Made by a program: the position numbers and the translations under genes. Source: Amoebidium appalachense (Eukaryota > Protista > Ichthyosporea). Taken from it: a stretch of DNA of 64,000 nucleotides. The DNA is taken from the NCBI GenBank assembly GCA_963693365.1, contig CAVNZM010000009.1, positions 3,536,231 through 3,600,230 on the forward strand, written 5' to 3'. Below, piece after piece: positions 12,166 to 24,460 of this stretch; the first letter of the stretch is position 1, and each line of letters begins with the position of its first letter. The notes beneath the pieces were generated by a model that saw only the letters and a list, made by a program, of their open reading frames with translations, ran no database searches and was not told the DNA's origin.

Positions 12166-15100
12166 GCAAGTCATGTTGCAATTGTCGTTGCCAATCAGCT
12201 AGCTAAGCAGGAACCTCTCTTGGATGAGTGGTGAACAGTGGACCGGGAGAAAACGGTTGTTCTGTGCTTTCCTTTTGTTTTTGCACAAACGCTTTTTTGA
12301 TGCAACGTTGGTTGGGTTTTTACGTTGCTGTTGAACTTGTGTCAACTTAGTACTTGTATCATATGACTTGCGGCTGGGAAAAATTTTCCCGCGCAGCCCG
12401 CCACAAGCCAATGAAAAGCGTCCGTATTTGATATTTGTCTATTGAACTGCTTGGCACCACCGCCCTCACTATTCAAATTGCACACATCCGGCGTAAGATA
12501 CGCATGTATGTGACTCCCTCCCTTGCTCTACCTGTCATTTTGGGCATGGATTACTGGGCCACACTTTTGCATGCCGGTGTGCACACTGCTCTCCTTGACT
12601 GGTGCACACTTATGATTGGTAACCCCAGCCTTAGCTGGCAGGAGCTTCCCTGCACATTGGATACTGTCCCCACCGCACATCACCAACCCCCAACTATGTC
12701 AGTTAAACGTACTGCCACACAAGCTATCGCCACCTTTACCATCGGCTGCCTCATTACTCACACATACTCCCCCTCCCCTCCCTCCACCCAACCCCCCCCA
12801 CCCCCACCCCCACCCCTTCATCCCTCTCGCCCTCCACCCTTTCCACCCACCCCCACCAACCCCTTTTCCACCCCCGTCTTCCTCTCCCCCACTCTCCTAC
12901 CGCAGCCTGAACAAGGCCTCCCCGCTGTGCGTGCTTCTGCACTACCCTCTGCATCGCTGTCCTCGGGCGCCGCACTGTCATGGACTTCTAAAAATCTAGC
13001 CTCATGTAATATCGCTCTTAATGCAAATTCCGAAAATTCGGTCCAGGATGGCCAGCGGCCTCCTGATGCTAATGAAAATTCCTTTTGTCCAATGCAAATT
13101 GACCCGTCTGTGGCTGATGTATCCCAAATTCCCCCTTCCCCTTTCCTCCATCCTTCCCCACCCCCCCCTTCCTACCCCCCCTCACCCCCCAATCCCCCAT
13201 CCCCCCACACCGTGACACACACCCCCACAACCCCCCGCCCGCCCACCGCCGCCCCACCCGCCATAGTAGGCTGTGTCACTGGCTTTGTTTACAGCCGCGC
13301 CTCCGATAAGTCTAGCGTTTGGCTCCCTACGGGTTTTAGTGATTTGCCGTTCACTCTCAGCGACCCAACACCACTACCGTCGAACGACATAATACCCCCT
13401 AGTTCACAGCGCGACCCCCCCCCCCCCCCCCCCCCCACCCCCATCTACCCTCCATCCACGTCAATCCGCCACCCCAACCACCCCCCCCACCCTTCCCTGC
13501 CCCCACCAACCCCCCCCGATCGCGCTGCGGACTTGCAACTACCCACCGAAGTCCCCCTTTCCAATCGAATCCCCCTAAACCCCGTCAGACTCTCGCCCCT
13601 GCCCCCCCCCATCCTTCCGCCTTTCCCCCACCCACTCCCTCACCCACAAACACCCCTTCCCCACCCACCCCCACCCCCACATGCATACCACCTCCGTTTT
13701 CAACCTCTACTCAACCGACCCCCGAACCCGCTGTTCCCCCTAAACACTCGAATCCATTCCCAACTCCCCTTGACCCCTCACACCCCCCTGTCCCTCACAC
13801 CGCCCCTTCCCCTTCCCCCCCTCCCTCCTTCTTTTTCTCAACCCCCTCTGCTAAGCCTTTGTAACGTACCGCCGAGTGGTACTATAGGCCACCCCCTCAT
13901 GCCTATATCTCCCCTGCTCAAGCGATTTCGGCCGCTATCTCGGCCGCCAATCAAAATCCCCTTCCGCCCTCCACACCAGAAACCACATATTATGTGCGGT
14001 GTGCTGATAATTTTTTAATGCCACCTCACACAGCATATGATCTCCCCTGCTATATCCCAGGCTTACAAAAACAGCACTTTTACGAACTTGCTGAAATTTC
14101 CCCAAGTAAAAAGCCCAAACACTTGCGCAAATTGGATGGTCTCGACGTTGGGTACCACCTAGTTGATTAACTCCCCGACCAGAAATGTTACTTGCACGTG
14201 ATGAACTTAACCAATCACCCCATCAAGCTACACAAAACCTCGGTTATTGCCGTGTGCATTGTCGGACATATTGCATACACTGCTCCGTGCCCAGATATCG
14301 AAATTACGATAGACCCCAATAACCTCAAAAACAATATGGAAAACACGCTTGTGCAAGAGATATACGACACCAAGCTGCTTTATCTCACTCTACACGTGCA
14401 CGTTCCGCCGCACAAGCACCGCACTTGGTGGCTGCCCTGCAACCCCCCAACAAACGTGCACGCATAGCGGATTCTGAAGAACCCCTCCAGCCCTTCCGGC
14501 TGCCAAATCGCATGATCCCACTTATGATCAAACTTTTGATTATGAGGGCATTAATGATAGTGTTGCTCCTGAACCTTCAAAAAACAATGACTGAAAAAGA
14601 CATAGAAGAACTACGGGATACCCACTTATCGCATTTATCCCCCAATCAACAAGATTGCATGCTCGCTCCTGGATGCCGTGCTCTATCAAATGGGTGATAA
14701 CGCTGACAAACACCCCATTGCATATGCAAGCCGCGCACTACATGGCGCTGAAAAAAATTATGCACCCACAGAATTGGAAGCACTTGCATGTGTGTATGCC
14801 GTGCAGCAATTCCGCCCCTATGTCTACGGTAATCGCTTTATTATGATTACCGACCACAGTGCTTTACAGTTCCTCATGACCAAGGAGCAGCTGACTGGCC
14901 GTCTAGCCCGCTGGGCGTTACAGCTGTCTGAATACGATTTTGATATTGTACATAGGCCCGGCAAGCTTCACGTGGTCCTAGACGCACTGTCCAGGCAGGC
15001 GCAGTTTCCCCCCGCTGTCCCTCTCGTGTCTGCCCCTCTCGTACCCCCCCTCTTCCCCTCCTCCTCCCCCCGCTGCCCCCCCACCCCCCTCTTCCCCGCA

Positions 15101-15637
15101 TAACCATTCCGTCACATGGCCCCTCCCCAACTCCTTCCCTACCCCTCCCCCACCCGATCCTTCGATTTTCCTCTCCTTCCCCCGCCCCCCTCCCCCTCTT
15201 CCCCCCACCAATCCTCTCCCTTTGTCTCCGCGATTGTTCCCGATTTCGAAACCATTAAGCCAAACGAGCTACAACAAGCACAGATCACAGACCCTGATGT
15301 GCGCCCCATTATGACTTATTTGGTGCACAATATTCTACCAGAGGATAATAAACTCGCACGCCGTCTCGTGCTTGAACGTGACGCTTATACGGTGCTTATA
15401 CGGTGCACAACAACACCTTATACCATGTCTTTGTACCCACCCGACCGGGAAGCACATGAACCAAGTTTTCAAATCGTGGTACCACGCGGTTTCAAACGTA
15501 AAATACTTGAAGCCTGCCATGATAGCGTACTTGGTGGCCACTTAGGATTTTCTAAAACCTATCAGAAAATCCGCGAACGTTTCTATTGGCCGACCATGTA
15601 CAGCAACATACACCACTATGTTGCATCATGCACAACC

Positions 15638-16402
15638 TGTTGGAGTACACTGGTACTCCCGGCTAGCAATGTCTGTTAGAGAAAGTTTCTGAGCAATTGA
15701 ATAACTGTTTCAACACTCACTCGAGTGCATAGAGCTTTTGTTTACGGTCATATTCATATATGGTAATTATATGTTTGAGCCAAAACTGTACCAATGACGA
15801 GCTTCACTAGCAACGTGCTAATTGTGCTCATTAATTAATATTCCCGGTTCAGATGATGTCATGTCTATATTTGCCACAGGATTCTATTCTTAGAGTGGTA
15901 GTGTGCTTTATTCCCGGATATTCTCAGAATATTTTTAGTTGTGTGAAGCAAGATTTACGTTTAACTGCAATTGGTGTGTTAAACACGTTTATTTGTGTGC
16001 TTTAGTGCAAGTTAACTAGCCACTCAACGTGCACAGTTAACTTTTATATCTTTAACGACTTGTTTTCATTGTGCTCTCTTTTCGGCCATGCTGTACATGG
16101 CCCACCACCAGGGTGCACACGAGGCCACCATGAGGTGGCCAACGACTATATAAAGCAGTGCCTCCCATGTCACAAACATGGGAAGCAGAACGTTTGATTT
16201 ACACTTTTCTACTGTCGTTTCCAGTGCACAAAACACATAGACTAGTTACCCATCATACACGACACTATGTCTGACAACTTACAGTTGCAGCAACTAGTCC
16301 AACTACTGGAGCAGAGGTTGGCCTCACAAGATGCAATCATTTCTGACTTACAGAAGGAACAACGTGCACTAGAACTAGCTTCTATGAACACAATGTCCAA
16401 CA
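15638..16402 (+). repeat. Copia 5' LTR (765 bp)
   Basis: Matches 20750-21514 with no difference found by eye. 7-bp terminal inverted repeat; TATATAAA at ~16147. Confidence 0.98.
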
Positions 16403-19400
16403 GGGTTATGGGCCCCTCACGTAATGATTCCATCAAGTTCAAGGTCGACATCCCTCTCTTCACTGGCATTGATAATGATTCAGGCACGGACTACCACACA
16501 TGGGCCGAAACCATGTATGTCCAGCTTTCTGGTGCTGGTCTTCTCCACACCATCGCGCCCAGTACGGAGCACCCGGCTACCCGTGAACAGGTCGACACTG
16601 CCCGTTCCTACCTGTGGCAAGCACTCTCGGTTGACGTGCGTTGTATCCTAGGGTTAACACGCACCACCACACCTGCGGAGATATGGTCGGCCCTATCTGC
16701 CCACTACCTGGAGCAATCTGAGGCCAATCAGTACGACCTTATCGGGCTGTACATGAATTCTACGCCTGAACCTACGGACACCGCGACGAAATACGCCATG
16801 AAACTCCGCGGCTACGTGCGGCGCCTGGCCGATTACGGCACACAAATTGGTGATGCTCAAGTGCTGACCAAGCTCACCAACGACCTCGGCAAGGTGCCTT
16901 ACTACGAAATGCCTGTAATTGCCTACAAGATGACACCCAAGCCTACCGTGATGGGCCTCCTCCAACAGCTACGGGCATATGAGACCAGCCACCCACGTGC
17001 ACGTGTGACTACCAGCTCCGGGCCGGCCGCCTTCACCACACGGGCTCCTCAACCTGTCATCTGCCACGGCTGCGGCAAACCAGGCCACATCAAGTCTCAG
17101 TGCCCCAACGGCAACGGCCAACACAGCAACTCTGGCAACAACCGTGCCAGCACCTACCCCAAGGGTTCCTGCGTCAACCACCCACTGTCTACCAGTCACA
17201 CTACCGCCATGTGCAAGGGGGGCAACCGTGCCAACGGCCGCAAACCTAAGGGTGGTCCCCTCCCGCCTGGGTCCTGCATCAACCACCCTGCCTCTACTAC
17301 CCACACTACGGCACAGTGCAAGGGGGGGGCTGCCGCTCCCCGGGCTTTCCTCATGTCTAGCAACGACTGTGGCACCAACAAGGTGCTCCTCGACTCTGGA
17401 GCCACTGACCATGTGTGCCCCCGGCCCGATGTGTTCATCAACATGCGTGCGGCGCCTTACTCCACGGTCCAAGTAGCCGACAAGGGTGCATGTGCAGTGC
17501 TTGGGGTGGGCGACGTGTTCTTTTCCAGCACCATCGACGGCGTTACTGCGGTGCATCAGCTGACGGATGTACTCTACGTGCCCTCCATCCCCGACACTCT
17601 CATCAGTGTGTTCACGGCAACTACCAACGGTGTTTTACCCCGCTTTGACACCCGCGGCGGCGTTAAGTTGTGCTACGGCGATCAAATTCTGGCCACCGGC
17701 TCGGCTGTCGGCACCAAGCTGTACCACATGGCGGTGTCTCTTCTGCGCGCGGACACAACCCCGGACGCCCAAACCACCACTGCTCCGCGTATCCTCAAGG
17801 TTACTGCCGACCTCAACACGTGGCACTACCGTCTGGGCCATGCTGGCATTGACGCTGTACGCTCGGTCATCAAGTCTGCAGGCCTGTTGGTGGGTGGCGG
17901 TGCCAAGTCTCCGGGTGTGTGTGAGCCCTGTGCCCTCGGCAAAGCCCACCGTGTTGCCTTCTCCGAATCAACTAGCCAAGCTCCCCGGGTCCTAGCCAAG
18001 GTTCACAGCGACATCAGCGGCCCCTTCCCTCCCGCGATCGGTGGTGCTCAGTACTTGGCGACGTTCCACGACGAATTCACCGGCCACACCACGGCCGTGC
18101 CCCTCGTCAAGAAGTCGGACACACTGGCTGCATATGTGACGTACCACAAGGCGGCGGTTACCCAACACGGTGTTCCCATGCAGGTGTTTCAGTCCGACGG
18201 GGGGGGCGAGTACATGGGCACGGCCTTCGGGGACTACAACCGTGAGCATGGCATTCGCCATCAGATCACTACCACCGGCTCTCCTCAACAGAATGGGACT
18301 GCCGAACGACTGAACCGGACCCTCCTCGACATGGTTCGGGCACTCCTGCAGCAGTCCGGCCTTCCGGTGGGATTCTGGGCCGAGGCAGCTGTGACCGCGG
18401 CTTTTATACGCAACATGCTCCCGTCGCGAGCCACCGGCAGCCAATCGTCTCCCGCCCTGCTGTGGACCGGCATTCCTCCCGACTACAGCCGGCTCCGTGT
18501 CTGGGGCTCTCCCTGCTACGTCCATCAACAGGATACACCGAAACTGGCGCCTCGTGCCGTCAAGGGCATCTTCGTGGGCTACCCTCCTAACATCAAGGGC
18601 TACAAGGTCTGGATTCCAGCAGCACACAAGATGACCGTCAGCCGTGACGTGCAGTTCGACGAGGCTGCTATTCTGCACCCCCTCCGTGATGTCCCATCTG
18701 ATTGGTCGACCGCACCGGCAATTCATCATTTTTTGGAGTCATCTGATTCGTCAAATCAGCCAGCCAATCACATCGTCCGGAATGATCAGCAATCTGATTC
18801 GTCTCGTCTGTCAGCCAATGGGACAGCGCCGAGTGATCAATTGGACATTCCGATCCTGCCCGAGCCTGCACATCGGCTCCCCCGGACGACCCGTAGTGGC
18901 GCTGTGTACAACGACCAACGTCAAGGCCCGACTGCCAACGTGGCTGCTGCTACGGCCCCCCTTGCCCCCCAGGCTACGGCTCCTGCATCAACACCCATCA
19001 AGGCTTCCACCATTGTTGTCCCCAAGACTGTCCGGGCTGCACTCAAGAGTCCCCAGCGTCTGAAATGGGAGGAGGCTGCACACCGTGAGCTCAAGGCCCT
19101 GGAAGACAACGGCACCTTCACCCTTGTGCCCCGTCCAGAGGATGGCTCCACTGTCATTCCGGTCGGCTGGGTCTTTACGGTCAAGCAGGACAACGTCGGC
19201 AACGTCACTGCTTTCAAGGCCCGGCTTGTGGCCCGGGGCAACTACCAGCAGCCTGGCCAGGACTATTTCGTCACCGAGTCACCTGTGGCTGCGCTGGCTA
19301 CCATCCGGCTGGTTTTGGCTACCTCCGTGGCCCAAGGTCTGCCTCTGCGCCACATCGACGTCAACACAGCATTCCTCAACGGCACCGTCAACGAGACCAT

Positions 19401-20563
19401 CTACATTGAGCAGCCCCCTGGCTTCGTCAACCCCTCGGCCCCCCATGCTGTCGGCTTGCTCCACAAGGCGCTCTACGGCCTAAAACAGGCACCGCGCCAG
19501 TGGTATGAGGCCCTCCGTGACCATCTCCTCGACCAAGGCTTCATTGTGAGTGCTGCTGACCCGTGCCTGTTCATCAAGAATGCCGGGACCCCAACATTTA
19601 TAGCTTGCTGCCTACGTGGATGACTTCACCGTGACGGCCGCCACTGATGCGCTCATCGACGATTTTTTCACCAAGCTGGATGCTCGTTTCTCTGCCAAGG
19701 ACCTGGGTCGTCCTACCCTGCTCATCGGGCACACTCTTACCTGGCTGGAGGACGGGTCTCTGCGTCTGGGCCATCGTCAACACATCATCGACTTGGCTGC
19801 CCGTTTTCGTCTCACCCACATGTCCGGCACCAAGACCCCCATCGTCCCGGGCCAGGCCAGTGAAAGCAACAAGACCCCAGCCTACAGCAAGAAGGAGGAC
19901 TATGCCAGCCTGGTCGGTGCCCTGCTGTGGATTGCGCGTACCACCCGCCCCGACATTTCCCAGGCTCTGGGAGTCCTTACTCGACACATTCATGCGCCCA
20001 CCGTCACCCACTGGACTATGGCTACCAGAGTTGTAAGCTACCTGCTGGCCACCATCGACCTGGGTATTGTCTACCGTCCCGGCCCCCCCAACCTTGTTGG
20101 CTACTCCGACTCCGACTACGCCGAGGACCGCGACACCCGGCGCTCCACCACGGGCTATGTCTTCTTCATAAACTCCTCCCCTGTGTCCTGGGTGTCTCGG
20201 CTCCAGTCCATCACCACCCACAGCTCCACTGAGGCTGAATTTGTGGCCATGTCTGCTGCTACGAACGAGGCCCTATGGCTCAACTATGTGATGGACGACC
20301 TGGGCCTTAATCCTATCAATGAGCCCACCCCGGTGCCCATCCATGGGGACAATGAGTCTGCCCGGGCCCTGCTGGACACCCTGGGGGTTAAGCCCAAGAC
20401 CAAGCACATCGACGTCCGCTACTGCTCCGTCAAGGAACATCACCTGCTGGGCAACATCACTGTGGTCCCGGTGGCTTCTGCTGACAACAAGGCCGACATG
20501 TTCACCAAGGCCCTGTCTGCCTCTTTCTTCACCAAGGCCGTGGGGATGCTCAACATGTGCTGA
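16267..20563 (+). CDS. Copia gag-pol polyprotein with one frameshift at ~19605, just before YVDD
   Basis: CCHC knuckle CHGCGKPGHIKSQC; protease LLDSGAT; GAG-pre WHYRLGH..CEPC; integrase HSD/SDGGGEY/NGTAER; RT KARLVARG, IDVNTAFLNG, LYGLKQAP, then YVDD in the shifted frame; RNase H YSDSD, STEAEF, DNES, KHIDVRY, ADMFTK. Confidence 0.97.
16404..16415 (+). promoter_or_regulatory. Copia primer-binding site, half-tRNA-iMet type (GGTTATGGGCCC)
   Basis: Sits 1 nt after the LTR end. Same motif as the Drosophila copia-type PBS, which pairs with the internal anticodon-arm region of initiator tRNA-Met. Confidence 0.88.
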
Positions 20564-20740
20564 GCACCCGTCATCAACCAACTGCGCCCTCATACTTCAG
20601 GGGGGGGGAGAGAGTTGCATCCGACTGTGCAACTACGTGTACCATACTAAAATTGAGTAGGGGAATCTTTATTGTCTGTATTTTGTGCACCTGAAGCACT
20701 CGAGCTCAGTTGCATTAATTCATACCACAATTATCCAATT

Positions 20741-20749
20741 GAGTAGGGG
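20741..20749 (+). promoter_or_regulatory. Copia polypurine tract
   Basis: GAGTAGGGG directly abuts the TG of the 3' LTR. Confidence 0.8.
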
Positions 20750-21514
20750 TGTTGGAGTACACTGGTACTCCCGGCTAGCAATGTCTGTTAGAGAAAGTTT
20801 CTGAGCAATTGAATAACTGTTTCAACACTCACTCGAGTGCATAGAGCTTTTGTTTACGGTCATATTCATATATGGTAATTATATGTTTGAGCCAAAACTG
20901 TACCAATGACGAGCTTCACTAGCAACGTGCTAATTGTGCTCATTAATTAATATTCCCGGTTCAGATGATGTCATGTCTATATTTGCCACAGGATTCTATT
21001 CTTAGAGTGGTAGTGTGCTTTATTCCCGGATATTCTCAGAATATTTTTAGTTGTGTGAAGCAAGATTTACGTTTAACTGCAATTGGTGTGTTAAACACGT
21101 TTATTTGTGTGCTTTAGTGCAAGTTAACTAGCCACTCAACGTGCACAGTTAACTTTTATATCTTTAACGACTTGTTTTCATTGTGCTCTCTTTTCGGCCA
21201 TGCTGTACATGGCCCACCACCAGGGTGCACACGAGGCCACCATGAGGTGGCCAACGACTATATAAAGCAGTGCCTCCCATGTCACAAACATGGGAAGCAG
21301 AACGTTTGATTTACACTTTTCTACTGTCGTTTCCAGTGCACAAAACACATAGACTAGTTACCCATCATACACGACACTATGTCTGACAACTTACAGTTGC
21401 AGCAACTAGTCCAACTACTGGAGCAGAGGTTGGCCTCACAAGATGCAATCATTTCTGACTTACAGAAGGAACAACGTGCACTAGAACTAGCTTCTATGAA
21501 CACAATGTCCAACA
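20750..21514 (+). repeat. Copia 3' LTR (765 bp)
   Basis: Direct repeat of 15638-16402, followed by the TSD CAACC. Confidence 0.98.
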
Positions 21515-22755
21515 CAACCTGCCACACGCTGGCCGCGATCCTCACCACGGATTGGCCCGTTCCCAATATTCCTCCCGCTTACCAGCACAACCATTCGAGG
21601 AGATATCAGTTGACCTTCTCACTAAACTGACTCCTTCTTTCAACGGCAATAAATATATTCTCGTTGTTGTTGACAATTTAACCAATTGGATTGAAGCTTT
21701 CCCAATCCCGGATAAAAAGGCAGACACCATCGCACGCACACTCGTGGATGAAATATTCTGCCGCTATTCCCCTTCTCGCCGTGTGATTGTAGACGCCGAA
21801 AATAACTTCACCGGCAAACTTATGTCCGATGTATGCCGCCTACTGGGCATAGATCGCAATCTTTACCCCACCGTACCACCACTCGTCCAATCACGGGGTT
21901 TGGTGGAAAAGGCAAATATGGATATTATCCGTGTCCTGCGCATGTACGTCTCCTCCCACCACCAGGACTGGGATATTTATCTACCCACCGCACTTTCTGC
22001 GTTGCGCTCCTCCCTCAATGCCAGCAGAGGCCATTCCCCCTTTTACCTCCTTTTTGGTATTGACCCCAGACTTCCCGTTGATCTGGAATTTGAGCACCCC
22101 ACACGTGCCCATCTCCCTGAAAATGTGTCACCCAACAACTTGTACACCGCTTGCAGGATGCACGATTGGCCGCACAGGAGACTTTACGTCAAGCGAGAGC
22201 AAAGCAAAAGCAATATGATGATGCTCACTCTCATAGCGTGCGCATATATACACCTGGCCAACAAGTGTGGGTGCACACACCAGTAACCCAACGCTACCCC
22301 ACTGGTAAATTACTCCACATGTGGCAAGGTCCATACCGTTTTGCCCATCGCATCCCTGGCAATCCTGAACTGTACCAACTTGCCACTCCACGCAGTAAAT
22401 TTATGAAAAATCCGGTTCATCACGATTGGTTAAAACCATTTATCAACCGAGATGACCGCCCCTTGGACGATGCTATCCTACCCTTTCCACCTCTCCCACA
22501 ACCACAAGATCCCCCCGCACCTGGGCAACACCCACTTGCGGAAGAAGATCTTCCTGAGGATGCAGAATTCGTGGTTCAGCCACCCCCCCCTCCACCCCAC
22601 CCCCACCCTCTCCTTCGCGCACGCCCCCTCCCCCCGCCCCCCCTCAACCTCAACCACAACCTCACCCTGCCCGTTCAAAACATCTTCCACAACCCCCTCC
22701 CCCTCCCTCCCCCATGCCTCAAGCTATGCCTGCCCAGCCACCCACTCCACCCACT

Positions 22756-23045
22756 AAGGTACTTTAACGAATTATTTGAGGCAAATTTACATTTACTAAG
22801 TAAAATAGTATAACGTTATGCAGGTTTGAGCATAACGTTATGCACGTTTCAAAAAATTAAAAATGTAATAACTTGGGAACCGTTCAACCAAAATGCACCA
22901 AGTTTTCACAGTTAGTGTGTTGTTATACCCCCTGCACACGTACACTGAGATACCAGCAAAACAGTTTGATCTGCTCAAGCGATCACGAAAAAACACGAAA
23001 AAACTTTTAAAACACTTTAGGTCAATATTTTCGGTAAAATCCCTT
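22756..23045. mobile_element. Non-autonomous DNA transposon (MITE-like, 290 bp) inside the Gypsy remnant
   Basis: AT-rich island in C-rich Gypsy sequence. Imperfect TIRs AAGGTACTTTAACGAA versus (reverse complement) AAGGGATTTTACCGAA. CACT on both sides (22752-22755, 23046-23049). Confidence 0.75.
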
Positions 23046-23701
23046 CACTCTCCGATTTCCCCTACCCGGCCTAGCCGTACCTACGCAGGCCGCTCCCCCT
23101 CCACCCCCACCCCCACTACCCCCCCTTCCCCCCCGCCTCCTCACCACATCACTTACGTTCTCCCTCAAATACATACCCGGACCCCCATATGCCCAATTTG
23201 GCACCCTACCCGCATATCCACGCCCCACTATCGTATACGTGGATCTTCCCCGGATGGGCATATGCACCTGACGGCCGATTGTACTACTTGGCCGCTGATC
23301 ATAACGGTCAACCCGCATGGTTTCCGGATGACCGCATGATCGAAATATAAAAAGATCCCCCCCCCCCCCCCCCCCCCCCCCCCTGGTAACAGTAGGCACC
23401 CATTACCTACCGTCCCCAACCCATTAAAAAAAAAAAAAAAAATGAACATCATTTTTATTTACTATACACTCCTCTCTTTTCCGAGCGCCTTACCTCGCAA
23501 GGCCACCTCCTTCTGAGTTGGCTACTCACTCGAGCCGCTCGAATCGCTAGGCCTTTCCCCTCATTTCCTGTCCCCCTTCCCCCCCCCCCCCCCCCCCCCC
23601 CCCCCCCGCCACCGCCTTCTAGGCCTACTTCCACGTGCACGAGGCGAGCACCCTATCTCGCCACCCCTGTACCAACCTGGCTACTCACTCGAGCTGTTCC
23701 G

Positions 23702-23793
<92 letters not shown>

Positions 23794-24247
23794 GTGACAC
23801 ACCCACGCACATACACACACACTATATTTTCGAATAAAAAATTCGTTTGCACGTGTTGTATGCATGAATGCGTGCCTGTACATATTATATGCATGAAGGC
23901 TTTATTAAATAACGCTAACTTACTTTTAGCACGTTCTTTAGTAGCATCTTAGCTACTTGTGCTTTGGCCGCTAGCTAGAGCGTCATATCCAATTTTTCTT
24001 TCATATATAGCTTGCCCTAGCATAGGTCTCTAATTTAGCTTGAATAGGCTTGTTTAAATTATAGCACATAGCCTTTATAAGCTATCGCTAGACCTCATAA
24101 CATCTGCCACATGTCTGTATTCTAGTATGCCCGTACATAACTGCCACTTTCGGTGCTGCCTTATACCCTGGGTGCTGGTCACTCTGTTAGCCGCCCTTTT
24201 TTTCTCCTGGTGTGAGTTCGGGACGAGCTCAACTCCCCCGGGGGGAA

Positions 24248-24460
24248 TGCCCGAGCGAGATCACGTGACCTCGCCCGCACTGGGGTATAGGCAGGCGCAC
24301 CCGGCTCACGGCAGCCAGATTGGCCATCGCTCTCACAAGCACAGGCCCAATACAGACTCTCGGCAGCTCTGTGTGAGTCCCGTCACCGTCCCTCACACTA
24401 AGTGCCTCGTTCCCCTTTTCCCCTCTTGTTCCTTAGTCCCATGTACCACTAGCTTAGGCA
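24248..24460 (+). repeat. Probable Gypsy 3' LTR (~213 bp) with PPT GGGGGGAA immediately upstream
   Basis: Purine tract followed by TGCCCGAG...CTTAGGCA (TG..CA, imperfect inverted ends). Followed by ATATT, which also precedes the element at 12431-12435. No partner LTR to confirm it. Confidence 0.6.

Larger units (their letters stand above)
15638..21514 (+). mobile_element. Full-length young Ty1/Copia LTR retrotransposon
   Basis: Two 765-bp LTRs (TGTTGGA...TCCAACA), 5-bp TSD CAACC at 15633-15637 and 21515-21519, PBS, PPT, and gag-PR-INT-RT-RH order. Confidence 0.99.
12436..24460 (+). mobile_element. Decayed, internally deleted Ty3/Gypsy LTR retrotransposon hosting nested Copia and MITE insertions
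   Basis: Protease C-terminal motif PVILGMDY (~12530). RNase H PIAYASR..NYAPTELEALA..TDHSAL..RLARW..DALSR (14678-15000). Integrase HHCC HDSVLGGHLG..CTTC (to 15637), resuming after the Copia as PFEEISVDL..GLVEKAN..W..SPFYLLFG (21552-22100) and W-GPY (22320). The order RH then INT indicates Gypsy. Gag and RT core are missing. Confidence 0.92.

Noticed and set aside
21379-21630. Independent 83-aa gene
   Set aside because: It is the gag start inside the Copia 3' LTR reading into Gypsy sequence.
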